In this document: one piece after another, positions 30,646 to 44,348 of the stretch | Layout: every line of letters starts with the position of its first letter | How positions within the stretch are numbered: position 1 is the first letter of the stretch | Assembly (NCBI RefSeq): GCF_009914755.1 | Contig: NC_060939.1 | Reading direction: 5' to 3' (one strand) | DNA length: 64,000 nucleotides | Source of the DNA: the human T2T-CHM13v2.0 reference genome, Homo sapiens | The notes under the pieces: generated by a model | Database searches by the model: none | What the model was told of the DNA's origin: nothing | The model's input: only the letters and a program-made list of their open reading frames with translations | Translations under genes and position numbers: made by a program

Positions 30646-33600
30646 AAGACTCAGTATGTATTTTTGAACAAACAGGTTGAATAGATTTTGTTCTTCTGTA
30701 AGTAATTGAGCAAGAGGAATGCATTTTTCTCCTCTCTCTCTCTGTCACCTCACCCTAATGCCATCTATGTGGTTACTTTGCACAGGGCGAGAGTCAAAGA
30801 CCTTCATCCTCCTTGCTGCTCTTTGTCTTCTCCACCAGGCCTCCTCAGTGGGTCCTTCTGGTGGCCCCGGGCCAGCAAGAGCAGGGACAGAGAGAGGCTT
30901 CTGAGCCGACCTGGCCTCGGACGACCTTGGCATCCCACCTGCAGAGTTCCTGTCAGAGCAGACGTGCTGTCTCGTGACTGGAGGACTAAACCACCCCTGT
31001 GTTCAGTCACCTTCCAGGCCTCCTGTCCCACGAAGTCTGCTTCTCACCAGGCTCCACAGGAAATCTTGTCTTACAGCGCTGGAAAGAAGCTCCAGGAGTG
31101 TGCTGGAAATGCTTCCCTCAGTTCTTCCGGTTAGCTGTGGGGGAAAACATCTGCCCACGAGAAGACTGGAGATCTGAAGCCTCCCAGGTCAGGGGAGTAA
31201 TGATGCCTCACCATGCATCCATTCACCAAGCAGGGACTGACCCCTCCCTCACACAAGGCACTCTGGGGGGCACTTCCGGGGAAAGACAGACACGTGATGT
31301 TTGCTTCTGAAGGCCCCAGTGGGCTCATGGACAAGTGTACAGCAAACCCAGGGTGAGGCCACATGTTTCAGGTCTGATGGGAGCTGTCGGAGGGCTGGGT
31401 GCAGCCTGGAAGGAATGACTCATTTCCCGTGCTGGCAGGCTAGGGGCAGCTGTCCTTCCACTTGCAGGGAAGGACCTCAGGAGGTGGCTGGTGGAAGGAG
31501 AACTCTGGAAGATGGAGACATATACTGAGATTAGCTCGAGGGAGCTTGCTTGACAGGGTCACTGAGGTACCCTCTGGAGCCCTGAGGTTCCCCAAGCATC
31601 TTGCGGAGCTGGTGGGAGAAATACAGCAACACAGCCCCCAGCGTGGAGTCTACTCCACACACTGGGCTGCCTCTACTGTTTCGTTGAAAGCAAGGGTCCT
31701 TTGGCTGAAGTGGTTTGAAACTGGATTTTAATTACCTTTAGACTGAAATGTTGACTCAGTACTGGGAGTAATTGAGCTTTGAGGTGATTTGCTCAACAGC
31801 TGCAGTAGTAAGGATGATGAAATCATAAATGATATTTACTACTACTGTGTTCCAGGCAGCATGCTAAGTAGTTATCTATTCATTTCAGGTGGGTGCTGTC
31901 ACTGTTCCATTATACAGACATGCATACAGGGCTCACAGGAAGTGCTCGACTGTCTGCAGTTGGCAGGGTCACGCCCCGCCTCTTGGCTCCAGCCTGCTTC
32001 TTTTTCCATCATCGCAATTTCCTCTCTAAACTGAGAACTCCCAGGGCCAAAATTACCAAGAGCAAAGTGGCATTGCTAAAAACAAACCACCAGTTTCATG
32101 CATGTTTCTGGCTTCCGAGTGTATCCTCTGATTCGAGTAGAAGTGGAAGTGGGACTTGGGTAGAAAAGCAGAGGCTGTTTTGAGGCAAGTTAGAAAGGCC
32201 AGACTTCAAAGGGATGAAGGCTGTTTATCTGGACTCTTTAGGGTGAGCAGAGAAATGCGGACTCTGCAAAGCAGGAAGGCCAACCTCAGCTGGAGGGATG
32301 CTGGCCACGAGCCTTGCACGAAGGAACGCTCAGCTCCACCTGCATGCAGCTCTCACCTGCAGACACTGCCCTCCACAGCTTGGACAGCTGGGGACACTCA
32401 GGCTCCAGAACAGAGTCTAGAGGTGGGGCTTCCCTTCCCTGCTCAGCCAGAACTCTCCATTTGTCCGTCTCCCCTTTGAGGCCTCTGCTTGGAATTCAGG
32501 GCACCCACATCTCTAGCAAACTATATGGCATGATCTCCCAAAGGATAAGGTTTTTAAAATGTGAGGAGGAGGCTCAGAATCCCTCAAAATTCTCTATTTC
32601 CCTCCAGGTTGCCTTAGGTGGGAGATTAATCTCCAGGAACAAGACCCCAGTAAATAACATGAGGTGGTGGGATTCAGCTTTGCACCCAGCATCAACACTC
32701 TTACATCCCCAACAGCACAGAAGATCACATTTTCTTAAAAGTTATACAACCACACACTTGAAGGAAGGAAGCTTGGAACGTGCCACCTGCATGGCTGGTG
32801 TGTGCTGAGATGGAATTCTGACTGAAGCTGCAAAGCCTGGGGCCGGTCTGGCTTCTTGCTGGCCTGCCTGGCATCAGGACTTCTGCTTGGCTGGAGGAGG
32901 TCACAGGCAGGGCAGGGAAGATGGGCTCAGAAGCTTGGGAACCACGTGGTCACATGTGCCCGCTGGAGGTTTGGAACATTCCTCTGCAGTGAAGAAGACA
33001 CTCGTGGCTCTCAGCAGTCTCTCTGCTCTCTCTCTAGGCCAGCAGTTAGAAGGTCTTAGTATGGTGGGGACATTGCTTTGAGTTCATCACAGCACTCATC
33101 CAAGTTCTCCCTGGTCCTCTGTGGGGGACACATGCTGACGAGGCTACTCAGACTCCTGTTCCCAAAGCTGCCCAACGCGGCCCCCTCATCAGTCCCCGGC
33201 GGACAGGCCTCTGCGGATTTTACCAGCAGTGAGCACCTGCCCATAGCTGGCCCATTCCTTGTCTCTTTCCTGGGAACTCGGTACTGAAATTCAGATGCAG
33301 AGAGGTCATGTCTGCTCGTGGTTGACGGATCCCAAAGAAGGCTACACTCCCTTATATGTAATTCAGAAATTCAAAAAGCTCTGAAAACTGTAAGTGTTCT
33401 CTTCCATTTGTGGCAAACACATTTGGCAGCAAAACCAGCCTGGACTGATGTGAGCTCTCGGTAGTGTCAGTATCCCCCTTAATGAGGTCACCTGGTGGAC
33501 AGACCCACGTGACTGACTATGGGGTGCTCTCCTGGAGCCCACTAGCAATACAAATATTTGGTTGATGCACTGTCATTACCTTTTGAACACATAAAATGCT

Positions 33601-36600
33601 CTGAAGCTTGAACTGTATGTGGCCCAAAAGGATGTGGGTAAAGGATGTGGATTTACATAAGAGGTGCCGTGGGCTACCCTACCAGCTTCCACACGGACAA
33701 GTTCTGAGAAAGCCAGTCTGCAGTGGGTGCACGGGGTTGTGACTACCAAATGCAAGCTGCGGAGACCACAGAGCTAAGGTCCTGACATCTTCAGCTTTGC
33801 AACAGCTTCCCTCCTTTTCATTAAGCGGCCCCAGCTGGCTTGGCGGAGCTGTAGTCAGAGAGTCCTAACCATCACGCCCCTCATCCCCACGGAGGCTCAG
33901 ACCTGGGGGGTTCTGCTGTGCCAGGCAGGAGGTGCTGGGAACGCACAGCCACGTCCAGACGCAGCCTTTGCCAAGCTCTCCGACACTTCAGTGGGCCCAT
34001 GGCCTGCTGGCCTGGGCAAGGAGGACTGAACTCTTGAAGGTTTCCACTTCAATGAGATTCCATGAGAAAAGCAGAAATGGGGTGGGTTTGGCAGTGGGCC
34101 ATCTCAATGGGTTTCTGTCTAAAGGCTTTTCCATTTAGAAATATTTTCTAAGGAGGATCTTTGTCTTCTTTTGGAGGTGGGATGGATTTGTGGTCCTGAA
34201 TCCTCCCTTGGAAAATCTACCTCTGCAAGAATTCTTTCTTCTTTTTTTTTTTTTTTTAAAAAAAGGAAGAGGAAAAAAAAGAACAAAAATACAGCTTCCC
34301 TTCTTTTGAACTGTGCGTCACTCGCCAAAGAATTCCGCAGCGATAGCACTGCTATGAATAGGGCAGTCATAATGGGCTTCAGAAGAGCCCGGAGCCCAAC
34401 CACAGGAAACGTTCCTATCACGGCTCAGCTAGAACTGTGCCTCTTATAAATGGAGTTTTCAGAGGAACACTTATAATCCGTATTCCCCTCCTGCCTTCTA
34501 AATTGGCCATCTATTATTTTGTTTTTACCCTTGATGAAGTGCTCCTTTTAAAAATGCTGGCTTCTGTTGGTATTTGAGAGAAATGAAACTGCAGATGCAA
34601 GAAGTCAGGGCGATTCTACCCCAGAGCAGGACGTGTCGAGCTACCTGTGCAAAGCCCCGAGCGTGGGGTCTCTCCTTCAAACGCGAGATACTTACTGCCT
34701 GGTAGCTGTCCTCATCAAACAGGGCTGCTCTTTTCAGATCAAAGGCGGTGGCACTCTAGTGACAATAACTTAGGACTTAGGCAGAGAGAAACAGAAAGGA
34801 AGTGGGTGAAAGGTCACATTCCCAATCCAAGTGGCCCCCCAGAGAGCCACACCGCAAGGCTTCCTGGGTGGAGGATCTGGGCAGACTCAAGTCCCAACCA
34901 CTGTGGTGATAAGGCAACGAAACAGTCCAGCCATCCAAAAGCGGTCAGAAGGAAAACAGAAGTTTAATCTGGACTTGGAGAAATCTGTGGAAACACAGAC
35001 ATTTCAGTGGGATTTCTGTGCTGAATAAATAAGACGGGAGCATTGAAAACTGAAGCAGGCAACCAAGGAAAGAACAACTTGGGGCACAAAGTTGAGTTGA
35101 AATTTGAAGAGCGTGAGTCTGTCCCAGACCTGACCTCTTCTTGCTCCTGCAAAGTGGGAGTGGGCAGTAAAGAGGTCTAAAAGTATCTTTATCTGGCATG
35201 CCGGGGAAAGCTGAAGGTTCGGATTCAAGGCTGCTTCTCATGAGAACCAAATGGCAGCTCTCTCGCTTCCAATTAGGGGTCTGCGTGTGCCTGACACAGC
35301 GGGAAGCCTCCTGCCACCTCCTGCATCCGACTCACAGCCAGGCGGAGGGAGGCAAAGGCCGGTGTGCAACTGCACGGCTCCAGCCGCACACGTTCCTTCT
35401 AGGAGGGCAGGTCTCCCCTCTCCCTCAACTGCAGGGAAAATTCAGGGTGCAAAGGCCGTGTTTCTCTTGAATTCTGCTGGCGAGCTGATGGCGCAGCTAC
35501 ATTACACGGTCCCCAAAGGTGGTGTTCTTTTTAAAAAAGGACAATGATGGGGCTCCCCAATACTTTCAAATGAGTCCTCATCTGAGTGGGCTGGTGTTAT
35601 CTGCTACAATTTAGAGCATCACATGTTGCTCTACGAGTCAGCTCAAAGAGGATGGGTCAGGCTGTTAGACTAAAAGCTGCAGATCTGAGGCTGCTATTCC
35701 AGAGATGCCCGGGCCCACCTTCACACAGCTACGCACACCTGAACTTGCGACAGCAGAAGGCCAAATGCAGATTTCAAAGGCTCTTCCCATCACAGGGAAG
35801 AAACATAAGACCTGGCATCAGAACTTCATTCTTCTGCAAAACACTTTTGAGGCTGTCTAAAAATCAGGCCCAGTTTCCTGAGTTCTTCTTCAAGCTCCCT
35901 CACTCCACACCCATGAAGTCATGCGGTCTGTCTTCTTCAAGTGTTGGCAGCCAGGCAATAGCTGCTTATTTTCTGTGAGTCAACTGCTCTGGAAGTGAGG
36001 TCAGCTCCCGCCCTGGCCTCTTGTCAGCTGCAGGTGCTTAGAGGTGTCCTGTAACCTTATTCCCTCTCATCTTCTGCACAGCTTGTTTTGCGTATTAAAT
36101 GAGACGATGTATGTAGAGCTAACTTGTGTCTTGTACATGACATACCGATAAACGGGTTCATATGTCATCATTATAGCACAAAGTCTTGTTTCCTAAAGAA
36201 GAACAGTTTTAGGTAAAAAAAAAAAAAAAAAAAAAAAAACCCAACAACCCTGAAGCGGGTCCTGGGGTGTCCTCATCTATTAAGGACATTAATTAAGCAG
36301 ACATTACAAATGTATACATGACACACCACCTAGAACTTCATCAGCTACTGGAAATGCTTGCAGTGGCCCGATGGGGCAGAGCCTCTTGATTCAGGAGAAA
36401 GCTCTTGGAAAGAAAATGGGACCTGTGCTTATTATCATCTTTCCTAAGTTGCAAACTATTCTCAAAATGTTCCCCAACATCCTAGCCAAGGATTAAGAGC
36501 CAATTCAAAATAAACCAAGAGAAGCAATACAGGGATCATCCACATTGGAAAGCCAGAGAGCAGCCGCACCAGCACACTGGGATGCCCCTGTAAAGCTCCT

Positions 36601-36927
36601 TGGTCTCCTCAGCTCGTCCTGGGTCCCTCCACACATGGCGCCAGGGGCAGGATGCCAGCACAGCCTCCTCGCTACAAATGGGGTTGCAGGATGCACCTGG
36701 CCTGCTGCCTGCTTCAACAGCTGCAGTTGGAACATCTCAGAGAGCTGGGTCATTCAAGGTCAACCCCACAACTTACAAAGTTGGGCCGCAGCTGAGCTGG
36801 GCAGAGGACTGGAGTGTCTTGCTGGGTTGGTTTGGGAAAGGGATGCCCCCCGGCTTCCCTAGGTGGTTTTTATATTCTTAGGGGAGGACAGGAGGCTGCC
36901 ATGCAAGGACATGCCATATGCCTTTAC

Positions 36928-37094
36928 CGTCAACCACCACGGCTGTCAGCAGGCCTTTCTTCTTGGGGCTCAGCCGGTCGTGTGCCTGGCACTGCTGGTC
37001 CCGGAAGCTGGGCAGACCCTTGGGGCAGGGCAGGTTCTCGCAGACCGCATGTTCTACACTGGCACCCGGGCAGTGTGTGCCTCCAGGCCCAGGG
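36928..37094 (-). CDS. ADAMTS17: ADAMTS17 coding exon (probably exon 13), end of TSR1 and start of Cys-rich domain; 167 nt, phase 2/1
   Basis: cttcttcttccttctag|CCCTGGG...GTTGACG|gtaaag; [55 protein letters not shown]; ADAMTS-typical FRxxQC motif. Confidence 0.97.
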
Positions 37095-38188
37095 CTAGAA
37101 GGAAGAAGAAGGTCTGTGTTAACCAGGTGGTGCGACCAAAGGGCAGGAGAGCTGTTTCCGTCTCTCTTGCCAGGGGGAGGAGAGGAAGGGGGCAGGGCAA
37201 GGTTTCCAAAGCCACCCCCTCTCTGCTGTTACAGACCAAATGCCCACAATCCCAGACCCACACTGCCGGCATGTTTAAGTGAGCCCTCTGAAAGGTGCAT
37301 GAGAGAACTGCAAATCAAGGTCATATGGAAAAAGAAGGCAGTGAGTATGAGTTTGGCAAGATCCACACATTGCGTCCTTCATCTGAACTTAAAATTTGGC
37401 CATGGGTAACACTGAAAACCCAAGGGACACTTCTGGAGAGGGTGTGTGTGTGTTCTGCAGGGGTCTTCTCTGAAATGAAGACCTTTAAATGCCCCCCCAG
37501 GTATACTCTGGAGGTTAAGTTTCAGGATGAGTAAATACATAGCTCATTTACTTTATAATGAAAAGAATAAGAACAACGAGTTCACTGCTCATGGGCTTTG
37601 ACTGGAGACCAGTTAGATCCGGGCTGTGCTACCTTTACCTGGGCAGGTGTGAGACCACACATGGTCAATGCTATGGTCTTGGATCCTAGATGCTCTGTGC
37701 TGAGGCTGGGGTTTTAAGCCATTCCGGAGTTCCAGACTGTGTTCACTGGCCAAGTCCACATGTGTGAGGGCCTGGCTGGCAAAGCATGGCTCTGCCCTGT
37801 GCTTCTGCAAGGCCCCAGGGTGTCCTTGACAACCTGGGCAACCTCAGTGGTTCCATTCGTTTCCATGATGCCAAGGTCATCATGATGGAATAAGATTTCT
37901 TATCCACTCCCACCCCTCGCACTTTTTATTGAAATTCAGTCTATGAAAGAAAGAAAAGGGCACACATCCAAACAGTTCTGCTCAATGAATTTCCACAAAT
38001 CACACACACCTGTTGGCCAAATGTCATCTGGACACATTAGCCATTTCGTGTTGTGTATTTCTTTTTCCTCCTTTGCCATTTTTCATGTTCAGAGAGCAAG
38101 ACCACCCTGTGATTGGTGCTTTAGGGGAGAGATGTAACAGCAGAAGAGGGCAGAAGCCTTTGGGCTTTTGTGTCATAAAGGTCTACTC

Positions 38189-38403
38189 CAGGGGTTGAAA
38201 ACATGTTTCTGTGAAGGGCCAGATAGTGAATATTTTTGGTTCTGTGGGCCAAATAGTCTCCAACCACTCAACTGCTACTGTGGCACAAAAGCAGCTAGAG
38301 ATAACATGTAAAAGAACAGGCATGGCTGTGTCCCAATAAAACTTTATAAACACCTGGTGGTAAGCCAGATTTGGCCCACGGGCCTTACTTTTGCCAACTC
38401 CTG
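38189..38403. mobile_element. MER58A hAT-Charlie MITE
   Basis: CAGGGGTTG...CAACTCCTG ends; GTGAAGGGCCAGATAGT and CCAATAAAACTTTAT cores. Confidence 0.8.
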
Positions 38404-38939
38404 GTCTACCCAGTTGTCTTGGAGAAAATATCCTGAGGAGAAAGGCCCCTTTCATACTTCTGTCTACCTCATATACACTAGAAAACAGTTCCCTCCCCCA
38501 GGAGAAGAAGAGATCTAGAGAGATTAAACCTACTGGTGGCCCCATAGTGGGGCCTTGAGCTCTGCTGGTCTTCCAGTTAGGCAATGGCTAACCCTCTAGA
38601 AGGTTTATGGAATCTGAGAACAGAGGGGCCTTGTGTTCTGCTTCCTGTCTAGAAGGCAACGGAGGCATCAGTTCCAGAGAAATGACTGCATGGTGTGTTT
38701 AGGCAGAAGGGGCCTCGGACAGCCTCCCCAGGCAGCCTGGGCCAGGTACCATTGGCAGACAGAATGAATCAAATCCTGTGCCACGGAACACGGCATGGAA
38801 GGAGCACAGAAGGGCTGGCCCCCAAAAGCCACATGGATCAGTAGGAGAAACATCACCCTGGCAATAAGTGAGTCCCCACGAGCGGGCACCGGAGAAGGAA
38901 CGAGTGAGGCAGCAGATGCAGCATGGCACAACGTTTCAA

Positions 38940-39372
38940 GCTGAACTGGGCCCCCACAAAACTCTATGCAGAAGTCCTAACCTCTAGTGCCTCAGAGTGC
39001 AACCCGATTTGGAAACAGGGTCAACAGGGCACAGACAAAATTAGTCAAAATGAGGCTATACTAGAGTAGGTTGAGCCCCTAATCCAATATGAAGTGTCCT
39101 TATGAAAAGGGGACATCTGGAGATACACACACACACACACACACAGAGACAGGCAGAGAGACACACAAAGAATGCCAAACATTGTCAGCAAGCCACCAGA
39201 AGCTGACAGAGAGGCCTGGAACAGATTCTCCCTCACAGTGCTCAGGAGAAACCAACCCTGTCGACACCCTGATTTGGACTTCCAGCCTCCAGGACTGTAC
39301 GACAATAACTTCTGGTTGTTGAAGCCGCCTGGTTGGGGGTCCTTTGTTATGGCAGCCCCAGGAAACTAAGGA
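38940..39372 (+). mobile_element. MaLR LTR (MLT1B/C-like) with internal (CA)n
   Basis: GAAGTCCTAACC...AAGCCACCAGAAGCT...GGACTTCCAGCCTCCAGGACTG...TTTGTTATGGCAGCCCCAGGAAACTAA. Confidence 0.8.
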
Positions 39373-40199
39373 ACCGGACGACACAAGGACCAGATGCTCC
39401 TCGTGGAACTTACATGCAGACTAAGGGAAAGCAGGGCAGACATGAAGTCATGAGGAACAAAACACGGACTGGAAGGGAGTAAAGAAATACAAATTAGGTG
39501 GGTTCGTAGAAGAATAAAGAAAGCTACCTTTCCTACACACTTGAGTATAGACTCTGATTGGTGAACATCATGTGATTAACTTCCTGAGTGGTTATCGAGC
39601 TTCCTTTTACGCTTCAGTTTCCTCGCCTTTCCAGTAGCTGATTTCTCCAGTTTTACATCTGCCTAACCCGCACACAACAATTACCTTCACCTCTGACAGT
39701 GAGGAGGCGGAGAGGAGATATGATGTGATATGATGTAAGAGAACTGGATCCAGAAGCAAGTGGGTCTGGAGGCGGAGCACATGGGATACCACACGTGCCT
39801 TGGCACACCTCCCTCCACATCTGCTTCTGCTGCTGCTTCTCCCTGACAAATTCTCCAACAGGCAGTCTCTGTGTGGCCCCTTATCTAGCTCACAGGCCCC
39901 GTAATCCCCACTTCCCACCTCCTAACCCTCTGTCCATCTTTGAGGCCACCTCCACCCTATTTTTCCTTCCTACCTGGAGCATCTCCACATCTTGTTTGGG
40001 TATCTGCTATGCTGCTTACCACTAACCTTATGAAATGGAGGGCTGTCTTCCTCCTGTTCCTCTTATCTGGAAGGATCTTATCTCCCAAATATCTGGGTTC
40101 TGTGTTCTCAGCAGAGAGCATTGCACAGGAGGGTCTCCAATAAGCACTAGACTGACGTGAACTATATTATCAGAGCTGATCTTAAAATGACCAACAGAG

Positions 40200-41820
40200 G
40201 GAATGATGTCGGGAAGAGAGCTGAGGAGGAAGCACCAGGAATCCAGTTCTCCATCCAGACAATAATCACACTGGCAAAAACTACCTGAAGAAACTATTTT
40301 GAAACTCTGCAGTCTACTTGAAGGCTTGCAGCTTCCAGGGGAAAGCCAGGTCAATTTCAGTTAATTTTGCTCAATTTCAGCCTTTAGTGTGGTAACAGTT
40401 ACTGCCCATCCTTCACCCACAAGGCAGGCAGCTATGTCTGTGCTCCTGTTGCAACTTTCTGGAGTCAGGGTGAGCAGTAAGAACCTTATCTTCCAAATAT
40501 CTGGTTTCTGTGTTCTGACTGTTGATTGCTACTTTCAGTTGTTAAGGTGCAGATGCAGAAGATGGCTGACATTGCTGTAACCTCCACCAGGTGAAGTGGC
40601 TTCCAGGGGATTTCCCTCCTTTTTTCTTTTAGGAGCCAGACATTTAGGCACAAAGACATTTAAAAGCAACTTCATCTAGGAGAACTTAGAAAGCCACCAG
40701 CAATGGCTAGGAAAAGATACAGGTTCAAAAAAGACCTGATAAGACCTTCAGCTTTCACTTCAGGTTAATTCCTGATCCAGAGATACCACTAAATCATAAA
40801 ACAAAACAAAACCAAACACCCTGGGGAAGGGGTACAATCTATTTCTAGAGTTACTGCATTCTAAGATTTGAATGTCTAGTTTTTAATGAAAACATCACAA
40901 GGCATACAAAGAAACAGAAAGTATGGTTCATTCAAAAGAACAAAATGTATTGGCGGAGCCTGTCCCTGAGGAAACCCAGATGTTGGCCTTGCTAGACAAA
41001 TACTTTAAAACGACTGTCTTAAAAATGCTCAGGAACCAAATGAAGGCACAGATAAAGACAGGAAGACAATCTATAAACATAATGAGAATATCAATAAAGA
41101 TATGGAAGTTAAGAAAACAAAGATAAATTTTGGAATTGAAAAGTATAAGAACTGAAATGAAAAATCCACCAGTTCAGAGAAGATTTTAGCAGGCAGAAGA
41201 AAGAATTAGCAAACTTGAATATAGGACAATTGAAATTGCTGAGTCTGAGAAGTAAAAAGAAAAAAATGTAGAAAAGTAAGCAGAGATATCTGTGGGACAC
41301 CATCGAGTGGATCAATGTAGGTACTAAGCGAGTCTCAGGAGAAAAAAGAGAGAAAGGGTTAAGAGATTATTTGAAGAAATAATGGCTGAAGCTTACCAAA
41401 TGTAAAGAAAGATGTGACTCTATAAATCCAAGAAGCTCGAGAAATTCCAAGTAGGATACAAGGACCCATACTAAGACACATTGTAATTAAACTGCCAAAA
41501 GACAAAGAGAGAATCTTGAAAGCACCAAGAGAGAAGTGACATATCCCATACAAGGGATCTTCAACAAGATTATTAGCCAGTTTCTCACCAGAAACCTTGA
41601 AGGCCAAAAAGAAGTGTGCTTATATACTTAAAGTGCCTAAGAACAGAACCGTCAAGCAAGAACTCTATATCCATGTAACTGTCCCTCAAAAATCAAGGTG
41701 AAAATTAACACATTCCCAGATAAACAAAAAATGGAGAAAGTTTGTTACCACTAGACCTGCATTACAATAAATGCTAAAGGGAGTCCTTCAAGTTCAAATG
41801 AAAGGATACTAGATGTAACC
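40200..41820 (+). mobile_element. Old L1M 5'UTR/ORF1 remnant
   Basis: A-rich ORF1-like sequence (ATTTGAAGAAATAATGGCTGAA, GAGAGAATCTTGAAAGCA, CACTAGACCTGC). Confidence 0.75.
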
Positions 41821-42589
41821 TGAATGCAGGAGGAACAGGCTTTTCTCCCTGGTCCTGGTATGTGGCTTCTCTCAGCATGCTTCTTCAGTGGCCTGTGATG
41901 CATTCCACGTCCCTGTGGACAGCATTCTCCTGTACTCCAGTGGGTAGCTTCCAAGCACACCAACTTTTTGGATAGATTCCTATCCTGGTTGGAGATGCAG
42001 TTTCTTCCCTTGGAACCTTTCCCTGACATCTTAAGTGTGGCTTCCCAGAGAGTTCCACCAGTACAGAACCTCTACAAGCCTCTCCCTCATTCAGTGGGCC
42101 CCAGTTGCACCCTCTCTAACAAGGTCCAAGGAATTTCATCCCTGGACAAAACTGTGGTAGCAGCTACTGTCTGTCCTTCACAGTAGCTGTGTGTGAGTCA
42201 CTGTCATCAAGATTTGTTCCTTCCTTGGGTGCTCTGCCTCAGACCTAAAGACACAGGATGCTACCTGCTTCTGCTCTTCCTGTATTCTTTAGAGTTCTCT
42301 TTACCTCTTAGTAAGTTCCCATTACTCCAACCACCTGTTATAGCTAATATTTCCTTGAACTTTCCCTGATTTAAAAATATGACCACAGGAACTGATTTTC
42401 TTCAGTTTTAAGTCATTATTTTGAACGACATGAGAAAGGAGAGAAGTAATCCACTAGGTACACAATTTGCTACCTAAATAATCCCCAATTGCTATGCGGC
42501 AGGACCCCACATGTGGTCCTTCATTTTTTATGACTGTCTCTATAACACAGGGCCTCTACAGTAACATCAATGCGGGCCTCCTGCATGTG

Positions 42590-43010
42590 CAGCTGACCTC
42601 TGAACAATGTGGGGGTTAGAAATGCTGACCCCTCACATGTAGTAGAAAATCCACATATAACTTTTAACACCCCCAAAATTAACTATTAATAGCCTATTAT
42701 CAAATGGAAGTCTTGCTGATCACATAATTAACATGTTTTGTAGGTTATATGTGTTTTATACTATATTCTTATAGTAAAGTCAGCTAGAGAAAAGGTTATT
42801 AAGAAAATCATAAGGAAGAGAAAATATACTTCCTACTCATTAAGTGGAAGTGGATCATCATAAAGGCCTTCCTCCTCATCATCTTCACATTGAGTTGGCT
42901 GAGAAAGAGGAGGAGTTGGTCTTGCTGTCTCAGGAGCAGCAGAGACAGAAAAAAACCCATGTATAAGTGGACCTGCACAGTTCAAACCCATGTTGTTCAA
43001 GAGTCAACTG
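42590..43010. mobile_element. Tigger2-derived (MER28/Tigger2a-like) DNA transposon
   Basis: Terminal inverted repeats CAGCTGACCTCTGAACAA / TTGTTCAAGAGTCAACTG followed by TA. Confidence 0.8.
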
Positions 43011-44054
43011 TACCTTGGTCCTGAGACAACAGAAAGAGGCATCCTCCATCTGCGGCATAGAGAAGACAGAAGGAGAATCCTTGTGGGGGAGGGTGTGGCT
43101 GGCAGTTTCCACAGATGGCTACCTGACAGAAGTTCTGGGGGAGGACTCAAAGGAGGCCCCAACTTTCCCAAGGACCCCACACTGGGCTGGGTGGATGAAG
43201 CCTGAATTGTGTGGACACGGGGCTTCAGGAGACAGTGTGCGGGGCCAGCGAGTGCAGCAGGGACCAGATCCCCAAAAGCAACTGGAGAGACCACCCTCAC
43301 ACAGTCTCAGTAGTAGAGGGCAGGGCTCTTACTCACTCTGGAAGTTGCTCTGAGCTACGCAGTAAGGAGAAAAACAAAACACATCTAGGGAGACTAAAAC
43401 GACAGAAAGACAGCTTGACAGGGCTAAAATAAAGAACAGTTAATATAAGAGATTCGTGATAGAGTTATCCCTTCCCAGGAGCTGAAGGTGGGTCCGGTCT
43501 TTCCCTCACCCTCTCCTGTGAGGGCAGGAAGGCGCAGCCCTACTGGGCTCCAAGGCTCCGAGGTCCCATGAGGCCTCCAGGGGAAAGCCAACAAGTTGCA
43601 ATCTCATCCTGAAATGAGGACTGATCCCTGAGGACCGGGAAGAAACTTCAAGGCAAGAGGCACTTTCACATAAACAGTGATCATAAAACAGCCGACACGC
43701 CCAGAGGGCTCCCATTTTGCTGGCCCTTCTAACCATTACTTCATTAAATCCACATGCAGAATCAGAAGGTGCTCCTGACTGCACCCTTTGGGTGAGGAAA
43801 TCAACGCTCCAACAGGTGACATAACCGCTTGGCTGACGAGCAAGAGGTGGAGAGAAGAAATGTAGCGTGCAAGAGCTCCTGGACCCAGCAGGAACAGGCG
43901 CCCTGCCCCTGCCTCTGCCTCTGGGAGGGGCTGCCCATCAGCCACCACGAGGCCTGAAGGACAGCCTGACTCACTGACCAGTCATCGGGGTGTGATGGGT
44001 TTTTTAATTTGAATTTTTACTATCAATCGTTTCTAGTTTTTCTGTTCTAGGACT

Positions 44055-44348
44055 TTTTTTTTTTTGGACAGAGTCTTGCTCTGTCATCCAGGCTGGAGTG
44101 CAGTGGTAAGATCTCGGCTCACTATAACCTCTGCCTCCTGGGTTCAGGTGATTCTTGTGGGTCAGCCTCCTGAGTAGCTAAGATTACAGGTGTGCACCAC
44201 CATGCCCGGCTAATTTTTTTGTATTTTTAGTAGAGATGGGGTCTCACCATGCTGGCCAGGCTAGTCATGAACTCCTGGCCTCAGGTGATCCATCCGCCTT
44301 GGCCTCCCAAAGCGCTGGGATTATAGGCATGAGCCACTCTGCCAGGCC
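44055..44348 (-). mobile_element. Alu (AluS)
   Basis: Full Alu; exact TSD TGTTCTAGGACT at 44043-44054 and 44349-44360. Confidence 0.95.

Noticed and set aside
36215-36239. Isolated poly-A run as a processed-pseudogene tail
   Set aside because: No upstream mRNA-like or Alu body, polyadenylation signal or TSD recognisable; treated as a simple mononucleotide repeat
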